The notes beneath the pieces are model-generated. The model was not told where the DNA came from and searched no databases. It saw only the letters and a program-made list of their open reading frames with translations. The position numbers and the translations under genes were made by a program. Shown piece after piece: positions 53,010-54,676 of a stretch of 54,676 nucleotides of DNA (positions are counted from its first letter, which is position 1; each line of letters opens with the position of its first letter). Source of the stretch: Candidatus Woesearchaeota archaeon (lineage in GTDB: Archaea > Nanobdellota > Nanobdellia > Pacearchaeales > GW2011-AR1). The stretch covers positions 1 through 54,676 of the forward strand of contig CAYYKU010000001.1 in NCBI GenBank assembly GCA_964440825.1, written 5' to 3'.

Positions 53010-54255
53010 CTGCAAATTTTGGCAAAGGAAGTACATACTTTCCACCACGTTCTTTGAATGTTCTTTCAGTATCTGTCAATCCTTTAAACAAGTGCCAAAT
53101 TAATACTATTTGATAGGCTGGGTTCATTTTCTTCATATCTTCTGGTGAAACAATTGGAATCATACTTCCGACTGTCTTTTTACCCCATTTATCAGGATTG
53201 CTGTCAGCAATAGCTTCTATCTCACTAGGTGTAAGGCCAAAATATTGTAATGTAGTATTTCCTCTAGTAGAAGCACCACAAGCTCCAAATCTTTTACCCT
53301 TCGCTTTTTCTTCAGCGATAAATTCTAATAATTTTCCTCTTTGTACTTGTATATCTTCTGCAAATCGTTCATATGTTTCTTTCTTTTCAAGCCCTTGCAA
53401 TTTCTCAGCAGTTCTCAAATCAGCAACTCTTCTGATTGCTTCTGCTCCGTCACCCATATGGCTTCCCTTGTTTCGAATATAGGTTCTTATACTTCCGCCA
53501 TTTATTCCATTTTGTTCAACATCAAAAACTTCTAAGTCGTGTCTTGCCAATAAAGTTTCCATAGATTTCAAAGAATGATATTCTAAATGTTCATGGCAAA
53601 TATTGTCTACCGCATTATTAGATAACATAGTAGCCACATAATTTTGTTGTACTACAAACAAGCCATCCTTATTTAGGTTATTCTTCACATCTCTCAAAAA
53701 GGTATTTGGATCATCTAAATCATAGAACATAGAAATTGCAGTAATTACTTTTGCCTTCTGGTCTCCAAACTTACTTACATAAGCAGCTCCATTAAAGAAA
53801 TCATTGATTACATCAAATCCCTTTGCCTTTGCTTCTGCAGCAACATTTTTAGAGGGGTCAAAACCTGCTCGATGTACTTGGGGGGAATAGTTAGAAAGCA
53901 ATGTTCCATCATTACATCCGATATCAACTACTAAATCTCTTTCATTTAGTGGAATTCTTGTTTTAACTCCTTCCACAATACTTTGTAAATCTTGTCTAAT
54001 TAAAGGGTTTAATCCTGATTTATACCAATACTGATCTCCCCACATAGCTCCGGCAGGAGTAGTATGTTCTAATTGCATTAGTCCACAACCACCTCTTTCT
54101 TGATCACACAAAACCAAATTAAGTGGAATTTTTGGACCTTGTTGATCCACAGTATCTACAAAATTAGTTACATATAAATCTCCTAATGAAATAATTGGAC
54201 TCATATACTTAGAATCGCATGCCCTACATCTGTCTATTTTTCGTGCTTCTTCCAT
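53002..54255 (-). CDS. NDP-hexose C-methyltransferase-like enzyme (Zn-ribbon plus class I MTase plus C-methyltransferase C-terminal domain)
   Basis: 417 aa. N-terminal CRACDSKYMSPIISLGDLYVTNF, SAM motif VVDIGCNDGTLL, HEHLEYHS block. The architecture is that of TylCIII/NovU-type sugar C-methyltransferases. Confidence 0.7.
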   Translation of the reverse strand: MEEARKIDRCRACDSKYMSPIISLGDLYVTNFVDTVDQQGPKIPLNLVLCDQERGGCGLMQLEHTTPAGAMWGDQYWYKSGLNPLIRQDLQSIVEGVKTRIPLNERDLVVDIGCNDGTLLSNYSPQVHRAGFDPSKNVAAEAKAKGFDVINDFFNGAAYVSKFGDQKAKVITAISMFYDLDDPNTFLRDVKNNLNKDGLFVVQQNYVATMLSNNAVDNICHEHLEYHSLKSMETLLARHDLEVFDVEQNGINGGSIRTYIRNKGSHMGDGAEAIRRVADLRTAEKLQGLEKKETYERFAEDIQVQRGKLLEFIAEEKAKGKRFGACGASTRGNTTLQYFGLTPSEIEAIADSNPDKWGKKTVGSMIPIVSPEDMKKMNPAYQIVLIWHLFKGLTDTERTFKERGGKYVLPLPKFAVI

Positions 54256-54444
54256 TCTATTTTCTTTAATTTAACATTTATAAACATTATTATTCTATAT
54301 AATAAGAATAACCTTTGTTTAGTTTTTAATTTCTTCTAAACAGTTGACATTATTACTTTAATTTTTTTTGTTTAAATTAATTTTTATGTGTGCGAGGTAT
54401 TTGTACTAAAGTAGAGGGAATAGATTATAATATTTTAAATTATA

Positions 54445-54675
54445 CTATTTTGAAACAAATCCTAAGAAATATCCATAAATTTTAAATAAATCTATACTAG
54501 ATCCATAATATCCTGCCTTTAATTTCTTAAATTTGAGAGCCAATTTAATACCTTTAAATATTGCATGGGCAAAAGCCATTGGAAAAATTATTGCGACAAG
54601 TAAAGAGAGTTTTGAATTTGTTGGAAGGTTAGTAAATGAAAATGCTTTTGCATCCCAATATCCATAGTTTCTGAA
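54445..54675 (-). CDS. C-terminal fragment of a membrane protein (runs off the window)
   Basis: Open frame from the window edge to the TAG at 54445-54447: ..FRNYGYWDAKAFSFTNLPTNSKLSLLVAIIFPMAFAHAIFKG...YGYFLGFVSK*. Absent from the track because it has no start codon. Confidence 0.35.
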   Translation of the reverse strand, partial: FRNYGYWDAKAFSFTNLPTNSKLSLLVAIIFPMAFAHAIFKGIKLALKFKKLKAGYYGSSIDLFKIYGYFLGFVSK

Positions 54676-54676
54676 T

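Overview
AT-rich archaeal chromosome segment. The archaeal assignment rests on r-proteins eL18 and eL21, RNA polymerase subunits Rpo3/Rpo4/Rpo10, a DUF655 protein, SecDF, a XerA-type recombinase and an intron-bearing tRNA. A small-genome, DPANN-like origin is only an inference. Core content: an Lhr helicase; the S13-S4-S11-Rpo3...eL18-uL13-uS9 superoperon; the eL21-Rpo4-DUF655 block; 5S rRNA; four tRNAs; SecF/SecD; cyclophilin; an M18 aminopeptidase; a MacB-type ABC transporter; and a surface-glycan cluster (flippase, FkbM methyltransferase, GT4, Gmd, RmlD-like reductase, sugar C-methyltransferase). Accessory content, in order of interest: (1) at 3.3-9.3 kb, an island of small DNA-binding proteins wired by a recurrent TGTTTAAACA palindrome. 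It holds two tandem two-gene cassettes in which a protein with interchangeable heads but a constant Pro/Asn-rich tail is paired with a small 5-Cys protein, each cassette behind a repeated leader. I cannot match this to any described system, and it is my best candidate for something new. (2) A degenerate-Fic / AbiEii-like nucleotidyltransferase pair, next to a serine-recombinase 'recombinase domain' protein with no catalytic domain and a small DPPF methyltransferase. (3) A 3.0-kb DDE transposon with passenger genes, inserted inside the ribosomal/RNAP superoperon. (4) A 2300-aa surface protein translationally coupled (ATGA overlap) to a 47-aa RHH protein. (5) A LAGLIDADG endonuclease gene wedged between a tRNA 5' fragment and an intact tRNA-Arg. 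(6) A clean IS481-like IS. (7) A GT4 gene split at an A6 tract. All calls come from reading the sequence and the ORF translations. No searches or folding programs were run, and RNA-gene ends are approximate.
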